Shown one piece after another: positions 1 through 9,949 of a DNA stretch of 50,014 nt (within the stretch, counting starts at the first letter, position 1; each line of letters begins with the position of its first letter). Position numbers and translations under genes: made by a program. The notes under the pieces are model-generated. The model was not told the DNA's origin and made no database searches. It was given only the letters and a program-made list of their open reading frames with translations. The stretch lies in the IMG/VR virus record IMGVR_UViG_3300037044_000250, positions 1 through 50,014 of that record; one strand, 5' to 3'. Source of the stretch: a virus. Lineage: Duplodnaviria > Caudoviricetes.

Positions 1-960
1 ATGATAGCAGAATTATCAGGATCGTGCCCCCCATTTGTTTCGGATTGGATGTTCATAAAGAGAGTGTTTCAGCCTGTATTATTTTCCCCGATAGCAATGG
101 GGACGAGCAGTACGAGGTCAAAGTGTACATTCACGGACGATCTGATCAGGCTTCAAGAGTGGCTGCTGGAGCATGATTGTCCGGCCGTGGCCATGGAGAG
201 CACAGGGATTTACTGGCGAGCGGTGCATAATATTTTGGAGGAATCGTTTCAGGTGGTTCTGGCCAACGCCCGGGATATGAGAAATGTTATCCGGGCGTAA
301 GACAGACATTGGGGACAGCCGGTGGATCGCCGGATTGTTGCGACATGGTCTTTTGAGAGCGAGCTTTATTCCGCCGCAAACGGTTCGGCAGTGGCGCGAT
401 CGGACACGTCTGCGCAAAAAGCACGTTCAGACAGTCAGTGACTACCGGAAACGGACCCATAAGCTTTTTGAATCAGCAAACATCAAGATCGATTCGGTGG
501 TATCAGATTTGTTCGGTGTGGCAGGCCGCAATCTGATGAAACTTCTGATTGCGGATCGAGAACTGGCATGGATGGATATTCAAGCCTGTGTTCGTGGAAA
601 ACTCAAAGGAAAAGAGCCGGAACTGTTTCGGTCCATTCAGGGTTTCTTTACGGGACTTCACCGGTTCATATTGAAGATGCTTTTAAGAACGATTGGCTCT
701 TTGGTATCTCAGATAGAAGCACTTGTGCATCAGATTCGTGATGAGATGAAGGACAATGAGGCGATGTTGGATCGCATGAAGAAGGCCCCAGGGATACCAG
801 ATGTTTCGGCCTGCGACATTCTGGCGGAAATCGGCCACACTTTGGAGCGTTTTCCAACGGATACAGCATTGGTGTCGTGGAGTGGGTTGTGCCCTGGCAA
901 CAACGAAAGTGCCGGGAAGCGCAATAGCGGCCGAAGTCCGGTACGCAAGCATCATCTAAA
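1..960 (+). pseudogene. IS110-family transposase, frameshifted (~284-300) and C-terminally truncated
   Basis: IS110 motifs VAMESTGIYW, VVLANAR, GRKTDIGDSRWIAGLLRHG and LVSWSGLCPGNNESAGKR are split over two frames (1..300, 284..1099); similarity stops near GRSPVRKHHL (~958). Confidence 0.9.
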
Positions 961-1192
961 TAGTTTCCCCTTCATAAAAATACTTATCTGCATAATTAGT
1001 GTTGGGATCAAGTCTTGTGAAGATCTCAATAAGGTGATTATCAAAATCCATACTCAAGGCAGAGGGAGCGTTCTTTTTTGCAGAACTATCCCGCCCTGAT
1101 GAACTGCCATGACCCGTTATCGCAAAAACCGGTGTACAAAGGCCTACCAATAAAAAAACGATACCGATTGCTAAAGCCGAAAATCTCTTCAT
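956..1192 (-). CDS. small secreted protein, probably truncated at the IS110 junction
   Basis: Signal peptide MKRFSALAIGIVFLLVGLCTPVFA, RBS AGGAGG upstream; the stop falls where IS110 similarity ends. Confidence 0.5.
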   Translation of the reverse strand: MKRFSALAIGIVFLLVGLCTPVFAITGHGSSSGRDSSAKKNAPSALSMDFDNHLIEIFTRLDPNTNYADKYFYEGETI

Positions 1193-1506
1193 AAGCACCT
1201 CCTTTTAATTTAATCATGTTGTTCATTCCTGCCTCCTGCCTTTTGTTGCCATCGGCGGCATCAAGGAAAATAATCTTGATCAGGTCATCCGACACGGTGC
1301 AAGAACAATCTGTCTGGTCACCGAGATCGTTGGGGGGCTCCAGATATTGCCGCCAAAGTCCGCAGGCTTCAGGCTACACTATCACAATAACGATACTCCA
1401 ATTTTTGAGTACCTTAAAGTAATCTCCTGTTCTGGAGACCATGAAACGTACCGCCATTTTACGGTTTCGGGGCTTAGCCGCCCCTTCAGCCTTGCGGCAC
1501 AAACGG

Positions 1507-2616
1507 TTAAAGAGGGCGGAATCTCACAAATAGGGCTTTTGTGCCATCCGGCCCTTTAAATCTGCGATTGGCGATTACAATTAAAGGAAGCCAATCGGAA
1601 ACATCATTGATTGATAAATTTCTTATTTTAAAACCAATGGTGTAATATCTTCTGCGGTATCCTGTTCCCATCATTATTGTGTTGGTCAACCGCATTTTAT
1701 TAATTGTCCAATATCCGATGAATTTTGCATATCCGGAAGGCTGCTTTCCGGATCTTCTGGGAAGCTCGTAAGCTTCCACGCGAAAACCATTGAAAGCCGA
1801 TCCAAGGCCGATCTCGGAAAAATACATCATATTGGGAAATAGATAATGGACATAACCTGTTCTTCCATCATGATTTCTTTTCACAAAGGCGCTTATGTAA
1901 GGAGGAAGCGTTAAATCATTCCAGTTTGAAGGTTCAAAATACTGGATGGTATACGCGCCGTCTTGAAGTGAAAACTTTTTTGGGATTATTGCGGAATATG
2001 TCAGCATCGGTTGTGCGGGAAAATTTCCGGTAGGAGATTTGGCATAAGGACGATCATGTGCAAAATCCCATCCTTTGTAAACTATGGAAAGTTGCGAAGA
2101 TAATTGTCTTGTGGTCTCCGCGTATTCAATAATGATGGAATTTCCCGCAGCAACACCCGATCCGGCATTAAATGAAATGTCTGTAATCATATCCGTTGTG
2201 GTATTATCAGGGATATCGTTTTTAAATCTCAGTCTTGATCCAGTAAACGTATTAAACCCCGTCATCGAGGAAAATGGAACGACAGTTTTCAATATGGGTG
2301 TGATCCTTCGATAAACTGTAACAAAGCCTGAATTCCAGTAAATAAATCTTCCCATCTTGACAACAACATTTCCACCATGGTTCACAAATGCAATCAGATC
2401 GATCGATGTTGTTAATTTGGGAAATACACCCAGATCATTTCGTAATGTATCGAGATCCTGGACTTCAGGCGGACCCATTCCGGAGGTTTTTCGATAAAAA
2501 ACACTTCCGCTTGCAACATCCGCCATTTTTTGAAGCGTTACCGCTTTATCCACAAGATCAACAGTGTTGAGGGTCGCATCTTTTACCTGAGTTCCAGGGA
2601 GTTGAGTCCTGCCCAT
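1507..2616 (-). CDS. putative tail fibre / receptor-binding protein
   Basis: Last gene of the late operon; phage-fibre-like N-terminus (DKAVTLQKMADVASG), AT-richer C-terminal region. Confidence 0.5.
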   Translation of the reverse strand: MGRTQLPGTQVKDATLNTVDLVDKAVTLQKMADVASGSVFYRKTSGMGPPEVQDLDTLRNDLGVFPKLTTSIDLIAFVNHGGNVVVKMGRFIYWNSGFVTVYRRITPILKTVVPFSSMTGFNTFTGSRLRFKNDIPDNTTTDMITDISFNAGSGVAAGNSIIIEYAETTRQLSSQLSIVYKGWDFAHDRPYAKSPTGNFPAQPMLTYSAIIPKKFSLQDGAYTIQYFEPSNWNDLTLPPYISAFVKRNHDGRTGYVHYLFPNMMYFSEIGLGSAFNGFRVEAYELPRRSGKQPSGYAKFIGYWTINKMRLTNTIMMGTGYRRRYYTIGFKIRNLSINDVSDWLPLIVIANRRFKGPDGTKALFVRFRPL

Positions 2617-2620
2617 AAGA

Positions 2621-3562
2621 CTATCTCCAATAAGTTACAAGGATGACATCCGTTGCAACCGGTGCGGATGCCGTGGTGATGTTCTGGCCGGCAATGGTGT
2701 AGTCGTTCCCGGCGCCTGAGTTCTGAAGAAGCCCATTCAGGAAAACCATTTCGGTTCCGGCTATGGGCGCATTGGCAAGCGAAAAGGTAACATTAAAGCC
2801 ATCCCGATTACCGGTGGGAACTTCTCGAACCATATATGTGCCCATAAGAAAGGACTTGATTGCGGCCTTGAGGTTTGCCCATGTGAAATTGGCAAGCTTG
2901 TTGGAGTCGGCAGAGTTCATCAGGGCAAAAGCATCTGCATCGGCCGGCGTGGACTTGCTTGCCCCGGAATTGATAAGGGCGCCAATCGATTCAACAGTTT
3001 CATCACCGGTATTCGTCCCCGATGTATTATCAAGAACAGACTTTTGCGCTTCAGTCATGTATCGACGGTTCAACGAATCTGCGATATCAGCCGTCGTTGC
3101 ATCCTCGCCGGTAGTGACCAATCCTTTCGAATCATATGTGATCTTGGTCTTTGTCGCTCCGGTAATCGGCGCATTCGGGACAACGCCGGTGCCTTCTACG
3201 TGTACCACGTCCCACTTTGTACCGACGGTCGCCTGATCACCTGAAGCCGTGCCATCTTCCGTGCAAAGCAGTTCATCGCCGGGGATGACGGAAACTCCGG
3301 AAACTCCGCCGATTTTACCCGCCACCGAGACCTTGTAAGTCCAACCACAATCAGCAGCCGGATAATCGGGGTTGGTCGAACAATCGACCACTCCTTTGAA
3401 CACCATCGCATCAGCGGCCGCTATGATACCGTCCGCATAAGCCTTGTTGACGGCGTCGCCCCCGTCAACCGGAGCTGCAAGATTGGTGATCTTTTTGGCG
3501 TTAAAGTTAAAATTATCATCTGCATAAACCTGTTTGGTCATCCTTAATTTGGTTGTCGTCAT
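2621..3562 (-). CDS. phage tail fibre-like structural protein
   Basis: KKITNLAAPVDGGDAVNKAYAD stalk motif, TKITYDSKGLVTTG fibre repeat, C-terminal VREVPTG...VFLNGLLQ...DYT module. Confidence 0.65.
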   Translation of the reverse strand: MTTTKLRMTKQVYADDNFNFNAKKITNLAAPVDGGDAVNKAYADGIIAAADAMVFKGVVDCSTNPDYPAADCGWTYKVSVAGKIGGVSGVSVIPGDELLCTEDGTASGDQATVGTKWDVVHVEGTGVVPNAPITGATKTKITYDSKGLVTTGEDATTADIADSLNRRYMTEAQKSVLDNTSGTNTGDETVESIGALINSGASKSTPADADAFALMNSADSNKLANFTWANLKAAIKSFLMGTYMVREVPTGNRDGFNVTFSLANAPIAGTEMVFLNGLLQNSGAGNDYTIAGQNITTASAPVATDVILVTYWR

Positions 3563-3615
3563 TTTTTTACTCCTTTATGTAATTCAATTTTGCATTCAAA
3601 ATGATATTCCAGCAA

Positions 3616-3720
3616 GCATTCAGGCTGAGACCGCGAAAGCGAACGAGCAGCGATGAGACTGTACATTTAGTACGTCGAATCGCAGCGCAGTGAAGCTGAC
3701 AAAGGTATCAGCTTGAATGC
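3616..3720. repeat. palindromic intergenic element (MITE/REP-like, second family)
   Basis: Imperfect terminal IR GCATTCAGGCTGAGACC / GGTATCAGCTTGAATGC with central GTAC-N5-GTAC. Confidence 0.6.
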
Positions 3721-4196
3721 GAACTGGAATAAACAATGGTTAGATGATCCGTATAACCGGTATTCATCGGAGCTTCTGAAAACATGATCTCATTAACTCC
3801 TTTTTCCCAATAATCGATACCTGTCCTTTGTTTTAGTCCATTCACAAACACCTGGGTACTCCCCGGCAAATAATCATAGGTGGTAGCAAACACCAGGTTG
3901 GCTCCATTCACCGAGCCGATAAGAACTTCATCCACCATGCTGCCGATGGCTGGTAATCCGGACGGTCCGGGAATGCCCTGGGGACCGGATTCGATAACGG
4001 AAATCTGCTCGATGGCGATCCCAATGCTTTCAATTACCGCGATTTGTTCTATCCCGTCGATGGTAACAGAAACATTCTGATCCGGTTCACTGAGAACGAC
4101 CAGAACAGAATCCTCACCGCCCTCGACGGCAAGGACCTGGTCGCCATCAACAACAACCTCAAGCACCTGGTCTTCAATAACAAGAATTTCGCTCAT
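3708..4196 (-). CDS. phage structural protein with short collagen-like stretch
   Basis: GPQGIPGPSG; C-terminal VFVNGLKQ...DY module similar to that of 2621..3562. Confidence 0.65.
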   Translation of the reverse strand: MSEILVIEDQVLEVVVDGDQVLAVEGGEDSVLVVLSEPDQNVSVTIDGIEQIAVIESIGIAIEQISVIESGPQGIPGPSGLPAIGSMVDEVLIGSVNGANLVFATTYDYLPGSTQVFVNGLKQRTGIDYWEKGVNEIMFSEAPMNTGYTDHLTIVYSSSHSS

Positions 4197-4591
4197 ATTG
4201 CCGCCGCCGCCAGTATGGTTGCCGGCCCGTATTGTCGGAAAACTGCCTCGCCGGCCGGAGAGTAAAGGAACAAATTATAAATCCCGACTATATCTTTGTG
4301 TTGGGCGCAGAGCCCCAGGGTGTCCGCGTCATTGATATACATTTGATAAATCCCGCTCTCCGGCGTATTCAGATAAAGCCCTGTATCGCCGTCCGGCACC
4401 CAGTCGTCCAAAGCATGGGGGATTGCAATCAGGGGGGCGGCATCCGTCAGTTTTGCCCGGATTTGCATCTTGCTGGTGTACCCGGTGATATCGACCGGGG
4501 TTAATGGATTGCCGGACTTCCACTGAAATTTTTGATTGAATGTTCCCCCCTCTGTGATGGTTATCGGGTACAGGAAATTGTAGCAGCTCAT
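4193..4591 (-). CDS. phage baseplate-upper (BppU-like) domain protein
   Basis: ITITEGGTF...PVDITGYTSKMQIR motif typical of phage tail-associated proteins; ATGA overlap with next gene; start trimmed to exclude a repeat. Confidence 0.6.
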   Translation of the reverse strand: MSCYNFLYPITITEGGTFNQKFQWKSGNPLTPVDITGYTSKMQIRAKLTDAAPLIAIPHALDDWVPDGDTGLYLNTPESGIYQMYINDADTLGLCAQHKDIVGIYNLFLYSPAGEAVFRQYGPATILAAAAI

Positions 4592-4613
4592 GTTTTTTCC
4601 CTTGTCACAAGCT

Positions 4614-4700
4614 GTGACGGGTGACGAGTAACGAGTAACGGGCCACCTGTCACTCGTCACTGCTTTTAAAACCCGTCACCAGTCACTCGTTACTCGTCAC
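4614..4700. repeat. heptamer tandem-repeat hairpin (GTGACGR/YCGTCAC)
   Basis: GTGACGG GTGACGA GTAACGA GTAACGG followed by complementary CTGTCAC TCGTCAC ... TCGTTAC TCGTCAC. Confidence 0.8.
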
Positions 4701-6046
4701 TGCTTCATTGCACGAAACGCCCGCTCTTTCCTCAGGGTATCGTAAAGAAAGCTCAATTTGTGGCCGATAGCAAAAGCGGCGCCCATTGTTGCGCCATTGT
4801 TTTTGAGGATTCCGAGGCTGTCGGTCAACACTTGTCCGGCATTGTAAATACTGCGTGTCAGTTCCACGTAACCGTTTACAAGCTGGTCGATCGTCAACTG
4901 TTTGGGCTGATAAACCACATGGCGGTTATCGTAATGCTCCCAGTTGTTGTCCAGGATTCTGCCTTCGCTTTGCAGGCGTTGTCTGAGCGCGGTGTTGGGG
5001 TAGGGCACCAGGACGTTCAGCATGAAGGAATCGATTTTTGTTTTCTGGTAGCAGTCAAAAATCAGTTCGAAAGATTCAGGCCCGTCGCAGTCCAGGCCGC
5101 AGATGAAATTGCCCTGCAAGGCGATCCCGTTGTCATGTGCACGCTGGATGATATCCGTCAGGTTGTCCGTCAGGGTCCCGGCGCCGTGTTTTTTCAGTTT
5201 TGCGCTCAGGGTTTCAACGCCTACCGTAACCCATTTCACGCCGCCGATCGCCAGGTTCTGGATAAACTCACTGTCGTTCATTCTGGCTACGGATGTTTCC
5301 ACAACGATCGTTTTTTTCAAAGGTGCCAACGCTTTCATCAATCTCAGGGTATGCTGTTTGTTCAGGCCGAATGTCGCGTCACAAAGCCAGATGGGTTTCC
5401 GGTCAACCTGGGCAACTTCCTTGCAGATCGTCGTTATGTCGCGCAAAATATAGTCACCGCCCATGTAGGGGCTGCAAAATTCGCACTGATAGGGGCATCC
5501 CAATGAAACGGGAATACAGGGGTACTGAAACCATTTCTTGTTTTTGAAATTCAGAAACAGTTCCTTCGGGTAACGAAAATTTCTTTCCCTGTCGATTACC
5601 AGAAGGGGCCGCCTGCGGTTGGGTCCGATCTTTCCTTCGCTGATGGCGCTGAGTAATACTTTCCACTGGCGTTCACAGATGCTGCTGACAAGAACATCAC
5701 AGTAAGGTGCAGCCTCCGCGAATGTCTCGGGACCCCGGAAATGGGGGCCGCCGAGAATAACGATTTTACCCTCTGCACGTAGCTTTTCAGCGACCCGATA
5801 AGTGGCGTTCGCTGTTTGCGTGTAGACGCTGAATCCGATAATTTCTGCATCGGTATGAATATTCACCGCATCTTCCTTGCAGACGGTGGTGCGGACCTGC
5901 CACCCGATCGCTTCCGCCCATACCTTCAAGGCATCCAGCACGATGGGGTAAGCCAGGTTAATCAGACTGAAACGCCTGTACAGATGGTACAGTTCAAGTA
6001 TCGCCGGTGTTTTCCGGGTTATCATGATTTGCTCTGAGTCATTCAT
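4697..6046 (-). CDS. B12-binding-domain radical SAM protein (class B-like)
   Basis: IIGFSVYT...VILGGPH cobalamin-binding domain; SLGCPYQCEFC CxxxCxxC motif; GVET, FICGLD, PYPNT motifs. Confidence 0.92.
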   Translation of the reverse strand: MNDSEQIMITRKTPAILELYHLYRRFSLINLAYPIVLDALKVWAEAIGWQVRTTVCKEDAVNIHTDAEIIGFSVYTQTANATYRVAEKLRAEGKIVILGGPHFRGPETFAEAAPYCDVLVSSICERQWKVLLSAISEGKIGPNRRRPLLVIDRERNFRYPKELFLNFKNKKWFQYPCIPVSLGCPYQCEFCSPYMGGDYILRDITTICKEVAQVDRKPIWLCDATFGLNKQHTLRLMKALAPLKKTIVVETSVARMNDSEFIQNLAIGGVKWVTVGVETLSAKLKKHGAGTLTDNLTDIIQRAHDNGIALQGNFICGLDCDGPESFELIFDCYQKTKIDSFMLNVLVPYPNTALRQRLQSEGRILDNNWEHYDNRHVVYQPKQLTIDQLVNGYVELTRSIYNAGQVLTDSLGILKNNGATMGAAFAIGHKLSFLYDTLRKERAFRAMKQ

Positions 6047-6471
6047 CTTCCTGCTCCCGGATATTGTTCTCCCGTTTCCGGGAACCTGTAAAAAACAGGC
6101 AGCTTTTTATATCCCTTCCAGCCCCCCAACCTTACACCCCAATACATCGGTTGATATATCCACCACGGGTTACCCCGCGAAATCATGGCCTGTCGGAACA
6201 ATTTGTCGCATTCTGCCCTGGGCAATTCCGGAACGGCCTCAATGCTGTAAAGGTAATCATGCAGGACGGCCTCCCTGTGGGCGCGATCCCCCCATTCCAG
6301 GTAGACGATCGGCAGCCGCGGCACCGAAGCCAAATCCGTTTCAAACCCTGCCGGGACTGTTATGACCTGCTCGCCGCTGTCATAAATAAGGGGCTCCAGT
6401 AGACGATAAACCGTTCTTCCTCTCCAGGGTCCAATGTCCTCTAATCTTAACGTGCTGACAAATCCGGTCAT
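6043..6471 (-). CDS. DUF1353-family phage protein
   Basis: ITVPAGFETDLASVPR, AVLHDYLY, CDKLFRQAM, YWGVRLGG motifs. Confidence 0.88.
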   Translation of the reverse strand: MTGFVSTLRLEDIGPWRGRTVYRLLEPLIYDSGEQVITVPAGFETDLASVPRLPIVYLEWGDRAHREAVLHDYLYSIEAVPELPRAECDKLFRQAMISRGNPWWIYQPMYWGVRLGGWKGYKKLPVFYRFPETGEQYPGAGR

Positions 6472-6517
6472 AATTGCGATTCCCCACTGTTTCAAGAAAA
6501 GCCGGCTCTCTCAGATT

Positions 6518-6922
6518 TCAAATAATTTGCGGCTTTTTTGTTTCGTAAAGCTGAACCCCCTCCAGAATGCCCAGTGCGGCTGTCTTGAACAGCTCCGGAT
6601 CGTACCCGGTCGAATCACCGGGTTTAATCAGTCCGGCCAGGTCAGCGATCGAGGCTGCAAGCAAAGGATCATCTTTGAATTTCTCATTTAAAAACATCTT
6701 TGCCGTATCAAAAACAGCCTGGTCAATATTGCCAATGGCCAGTGATTTACAAAACAACTTCATGGGTTCTATTACGGTTTTGTCTTTCTCGGCCATTTTA
6801 TAGCCAAGCACCCTGGATGACGATTTCACAACCAAAGTTTTCATCGCATCATCTTTTATCGACACGCCGGTGCAACCCACGACAAACAGTGTAATCATGA
6901 GACAAACAACAATCTTTTTCAT
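6518..6922 (-). CDS. lipoprotein (lysis region, possibly spanin-like)
   Basis: MKKIVVCLMITLFVVGC lipobox. Confidence 0.7.
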   Translation of the reverse strand: MKKIVVCLMITLFVVGCTGVSIKDDAMKTLVVKSSSRVLGYKMAEKDKTVIEPMKLFCKSLAIGNIDQAVFDTAKMFLNEKFKDDPLLAASIADLAGLIKPGDSTGYDPELFKTAALGILEGVQLYETKKPQII

Positions 6923-7001
6923 GTTATTTCCCTTTTTCATTTGAGTTATACCAATGTTGGTAAATCAACCCGCTGGTGAAAGACCAACAACCCTGTAAAA
7001 A

Positions 7002-8483
7002 TTATCGCAATCCAAATAATTTCCTAAAATGCAGGCCGTAGAGCGAAAACGATACGGCATCCGCCAGCAAGCGTGGTCTGTGAAACAGCGCCCAGAGCAA
7101 TAACGACCAGTACTGCCACCGGCCCGGATTCTTGATACCGAGAGCATAAAACGATTTAAAAAATGCCCGGAATACCATCGGGCCGACCTTGACCGGGTAT
7201 TTATGCTTCGGGTTGTAGCTGCTCAGGAGCTGCCGGATTCTTATATAAAAAGGCTTTACTGTATATATTTCTCGCAGGATTCTCCTGTAGCCGTTTACAA
7301 GCGTGTCTGGATCCATCACCGGTACGTAGTTCAGCGTCATGTCCGTATTGTTGCCGGTTGCCTCGCAAACGATTCTGCCGGCTTTCCTGTATCTCTCGAA
7401 TAACGCCGTATTTTTGGGGGCGTTCAGAATCCCGACCATGGCCGCAACAATGCCGCTTTGCTGGATGAAATCGATCTGCCGCTGGAAAGTGGATTCCGTG
7501 TCGCTGTCAAAGCCCACTATAAAACCGGCCGACACCTGCAAGCCGGCATTTTGCATTTTTTTGACACTCAGGAGCAGGTCCCGATTGCTGTTTTGTTTTT
7601 TATGGCACTCTTTAAGGGATTCTTCCTCAGGGGTTTCAATCCCGATGAAAACCGAACTGAATCCGGCATCGACCATCAGCGCAAGCAATTCGTCATCATC
7701 CGCCAGGTTCAGCGACGCCTGGGTGTTGAAAGTGAACGGGTAACTGTGTTGCCGCATCCACTCCCGCATGGCAGGCAGCAGGCTGTTCTTGACTTTGTTG
7801 GGGCGTCCGATGAAATTGTCATCGACAATGAGCACATGCCCGCGCCAGTTCAGGTCATAGAGTGCTTGAAGCTCGCTTATGACCTGTTGGGTGGCTTTCA
7901 TCCGGACTTTTCTGCCCAGAAGGGTGGTTATTTCGCAGAACTCGCAGGAAAACGGGCAGCCGCGGGATACCTGGATGCTCATGAACACGTAGTCATCGAG
8001 CGGAAGCAGTTGGTAATCGGGAACCGGCGATTGCGTCATGTCCGCATGCTTATGGGTCCGATACACTTTTTCCGGGGTCCGTCCTGCTTGAAGGTCTTTT
8101 AAAAACAGGGGCAGGGTAATCTCCGCCTCGTTCAGCACGAAATGATCGATTTGAGGGTAGTGTTCGTATTCCTGCGTGAAGAAAGGACCGCCCGCAACTG
8201 TCTTTACGCCGAGTTTCCGGCAGCGGTCTATGATTTCCATTGCAGACGGTTTCTGGATATTCATGGATCCGATGAAAACGTAATCGGCCCAGGTGATGTC
8301 GCAGTCTTTCAGCGGTGCGATGTTCAGATTCACCAGCTTTTTGTTCCAGTCCGCCGGCAGCAAGGCCGAGACGGTCAGCATCCCGAGCGGTGGACATGCC
8401 GCTTTTTTCTCGACAATGGGTAGGATAGATTTAAACGTCCAGAACGAATCCGGATAATGCGGGACCACCAGTAAAATATTCAT
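7002..8483 (-). CDS. B12-binding radical SAM protein, DUF4070/HpnP-like family
   Basis: PDSFWTF...PPLGMLTVSALLP, VAGGP, SRGCPFSCEFC, VDDNFIG, VFIGIETP, AGFIVGFDSD. Confidence 0.93.
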   Translation of the reverse strand: MNILLVVPHYPDSFWTFKSILPIVEKKAACPPLGMLTVSALLPADWNKKLVNLNIAPLKDCDITWADYVFIGSMNIQKPSAMEIIDRCRKLGVKTVAGGPFFTQEYEHYPQIDHFVLNEAEITLPLFLKDLQAGRTPEKVYRTHKHADMTQSPVPDYQLLPLDDYVFMSIQVSRGCPFSCEFCEITTLLGRKVRMKATQQVISELQALYDLNWRGHVLIVDDNFIGRPNKVKNSLLPAMREWMRQHSYPFTFNTQASLNLADDDELLALMVDAGFSSVFIGIETPEEESLKECHKKQNSNRDLLLSVKKMQNAGLQVSAGFIVGFDSDTESTFQRQIDFIQQSGIVAAMVGILNAPKNTALFERYRKAGRIVCEATGNNTDMTLNYVPVMDPDTLVNGYRRILREIYTVKPFYIRIRQLLSSYNPKHKYPVKVGPMVFRAFFKSFYALGIKNPGRWQYWSLLLWALFHRPRLLADAVSFSLYGLHFRKLFGLR

Positions 8484-8507
8484 GGGCTCACAGTCTCTCG
8501 ATTTTGG

Positions 8508-8849
8508 TTACTCTGTTGCAAGTCGCAGTGCCTTTATAGGGTCTGCTGCACTTCCAGGTCTCTTGAATTCGAAAGGGACGAAGGCGGAATACGCCTTACC
8601 CCACACCCCGTTATCAACCACATACCTGATCTGCCAGGTATAACTCCCAACCGCGATATCTTTCAGGTCATAATGAATTGACCCGTCAGGCTGGTTGGCT
8701 TTAACGGCAATGATGACACCGGCTTTATCTTGAATCTCAAATGATCCGCCCACTGCCGACGCTGCCGGATCCGATACCAGAAAGGGCGCCGCTGAAGCTG
8801 GCGCAATGGACAACAAAACAATGACAATTCCCAGAATAATTGCTTTCAT
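8508..8849 (-). CDS. small secreted beta-rich (Ig-like) phage protein
   Basis: Signal peptide MKAIILGIVIVLLSIAPASA-APFLVSDP, RBS GGAG; the upstream ORF extension is repeat-derived. Confidence 0.7.
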   Translation of the reverse strand: MKAIILGIVIVLLSIAPASAAPFLVSDPAASAVGGSFEIQDKAGVIIAVKANQPDGSIHYDLKDIAVGSYTWQIRYVVDNGVWGKAYSAFVPFEFKRPGSAADPIKALRLATE

Positions 8850-8894
8850 GCTTTCGTCTCCTTTTTTAATTATCTTGTAAAAAGTCAAAACTCG

Positions 8895-9038
8895 GACGGC
8901 TTCGAAAAAAGTTCGCAGGCAAGGCGCGCGCACCGGAGCTTTCGGCGACAACTCCTGAGGAGTGAGGCGTACGACCAGTACGCCGCAACGACGAAGGATG
9001 CCGCGCAACGCAGCATCCGGACTTTTTACGAAGCCGTC
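8895..9038. repeat. palindromic MITE/REP-like element, copy 1
   Basis: Terminal IR GACGGCTTCG(T/A)AAAAAGT; core CCTGAGGAGTGAGGCGTAC-N5-GTACGCCGCAACG; also at 13622, 21080, 42912, 44256. Confidence 0.9.
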
Positions 9039-9475
9039 TTTTTTTCAATGTCATGGTCCAGATTGTAAAACCTCAAATTTCCGATCTGCTTGACGAATGT
9101 TTCCGGCGTTGCCCACTTGGGCGGCGGTATGGATATGTCGTAGTATCCATCCGCGCCCGGGACGGGATTTTTCAGTATCCCGTCAACGGCATTGCTTGCG
9201 ACCTGCAAACACTCGATCCAGTCCAGGGCGAACTTCTGCGGCCATGTCGCAAGCTGCTTGTCTTTCGGGTCCGTCAAGGACGAGTATTGCCATTTTTTGA
9301 AGACAACCGAGAGCACGTCATTTCCCCACCATGACGGTCTGGCCACACGGTTCATGATACTGGATGCCACCGCAGCCTTTCCTTCGTAGGATTCCCCCCG
9401 GGCCTCGCGCCAGATCACCAGGGAAAGAAAAACCTTTTCCGTTGCTTCTTGCGTCAATGTTTTAAAGTCCATCAC
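9026..9475 (-). CDS. endolysin, SleB/Hydrolase_2-like cell wall hydrolase
   Basis: IWREARGESYEGKAAVASSIMNRV, KWQYSS, GADGYY, PKWA, QIGNLRFY. Confidence 0.88.
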   Translation of the reverse strand: MMDFKTLTQEATEKVFLSLVIWREARGESYEGKAAVASSIMNRVARPSWWGNDVLSVVFKKWQYSSLTDPKDKQLATWPQKFALDWIECLQVASNAVDGILKNPVPGADGYYDISIPPPKWATPETFVKQIGNLRFYNLDHDIEKKTAS

Positions 9476-9855
9476 TTACCACCTCCCTTCAGCCCTTCGA
9501 ATTTCCCTGTAAGGTTAAAGACCAGCGCCACAAGCTCATCCCGTCTTGACTCAATTCTGGACATCCTGTCTTCATGGCGTTGGTCGGCGCTGTTCAGCAT
9601 GCTTTTTATCTCCGCAAGCCCTGCGACGATAGCAGCCTGTTTTGCAGCACATTCTTTGACCGTTATCAGTCTGTCGTCGCTGCTTATCGGGCTCATCCTG
9701 TCTTTGAGCTTACAGGATTCCTCTCTTAAATCTTCGATCTGCTCCCCGTGCTCTTTGACGGTTTGCACGATCTTTCCAACAAGAAACGCCGTTGCAGACA
9801 GATTAATGACGGTAAATGTCCCTAAAGAAATGGCTATTTGGACCCAGCTTTCCAT
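9472..9855 (-). CDS. putative holin / single-TM membrane protein
   Basis: N-terminal hydrophobic helix plus coiled coil; coupled to the endolysin. Confidence 0.5.
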   Translation of the reverse strand: MESWVQIAISLGTFTVINLSATAFLVGKIVQTVKEHGEQIEDLREESCKLKDRMSPISSDDRLITVKECAAKQAAIVAGLAEIKSMLNSADQRHEDRMSRIESRRDELVALVFNLTGKFEGLKGGGK

Positions 9856-9886
9856 GGCAACAACCTGCCTTTCGTTAACCAGTAAA

Positions 9887-9949
9887 TCAGGGTGCAGGTA
9901 TCAGGGTGTAGATTTTTTTCCTGTCCCCTGCTACCGGTCCCCGGTCCCC
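9887..9949. repeat. heptamer-repeat hairpin (CAGGGTG/CCTGCCC type)
   Basis: TCAGGGTG CAGGTAT CAGGGTG ... CCTGTCC CCTGCTA CCGGTCC. Confidence 0.6.

Noticed and set aside
1-1099. Active IS110 with bridge RNA
   Set aside because: Transposase is frameshifted and truncated; the non-coding end is not identifiable in the window
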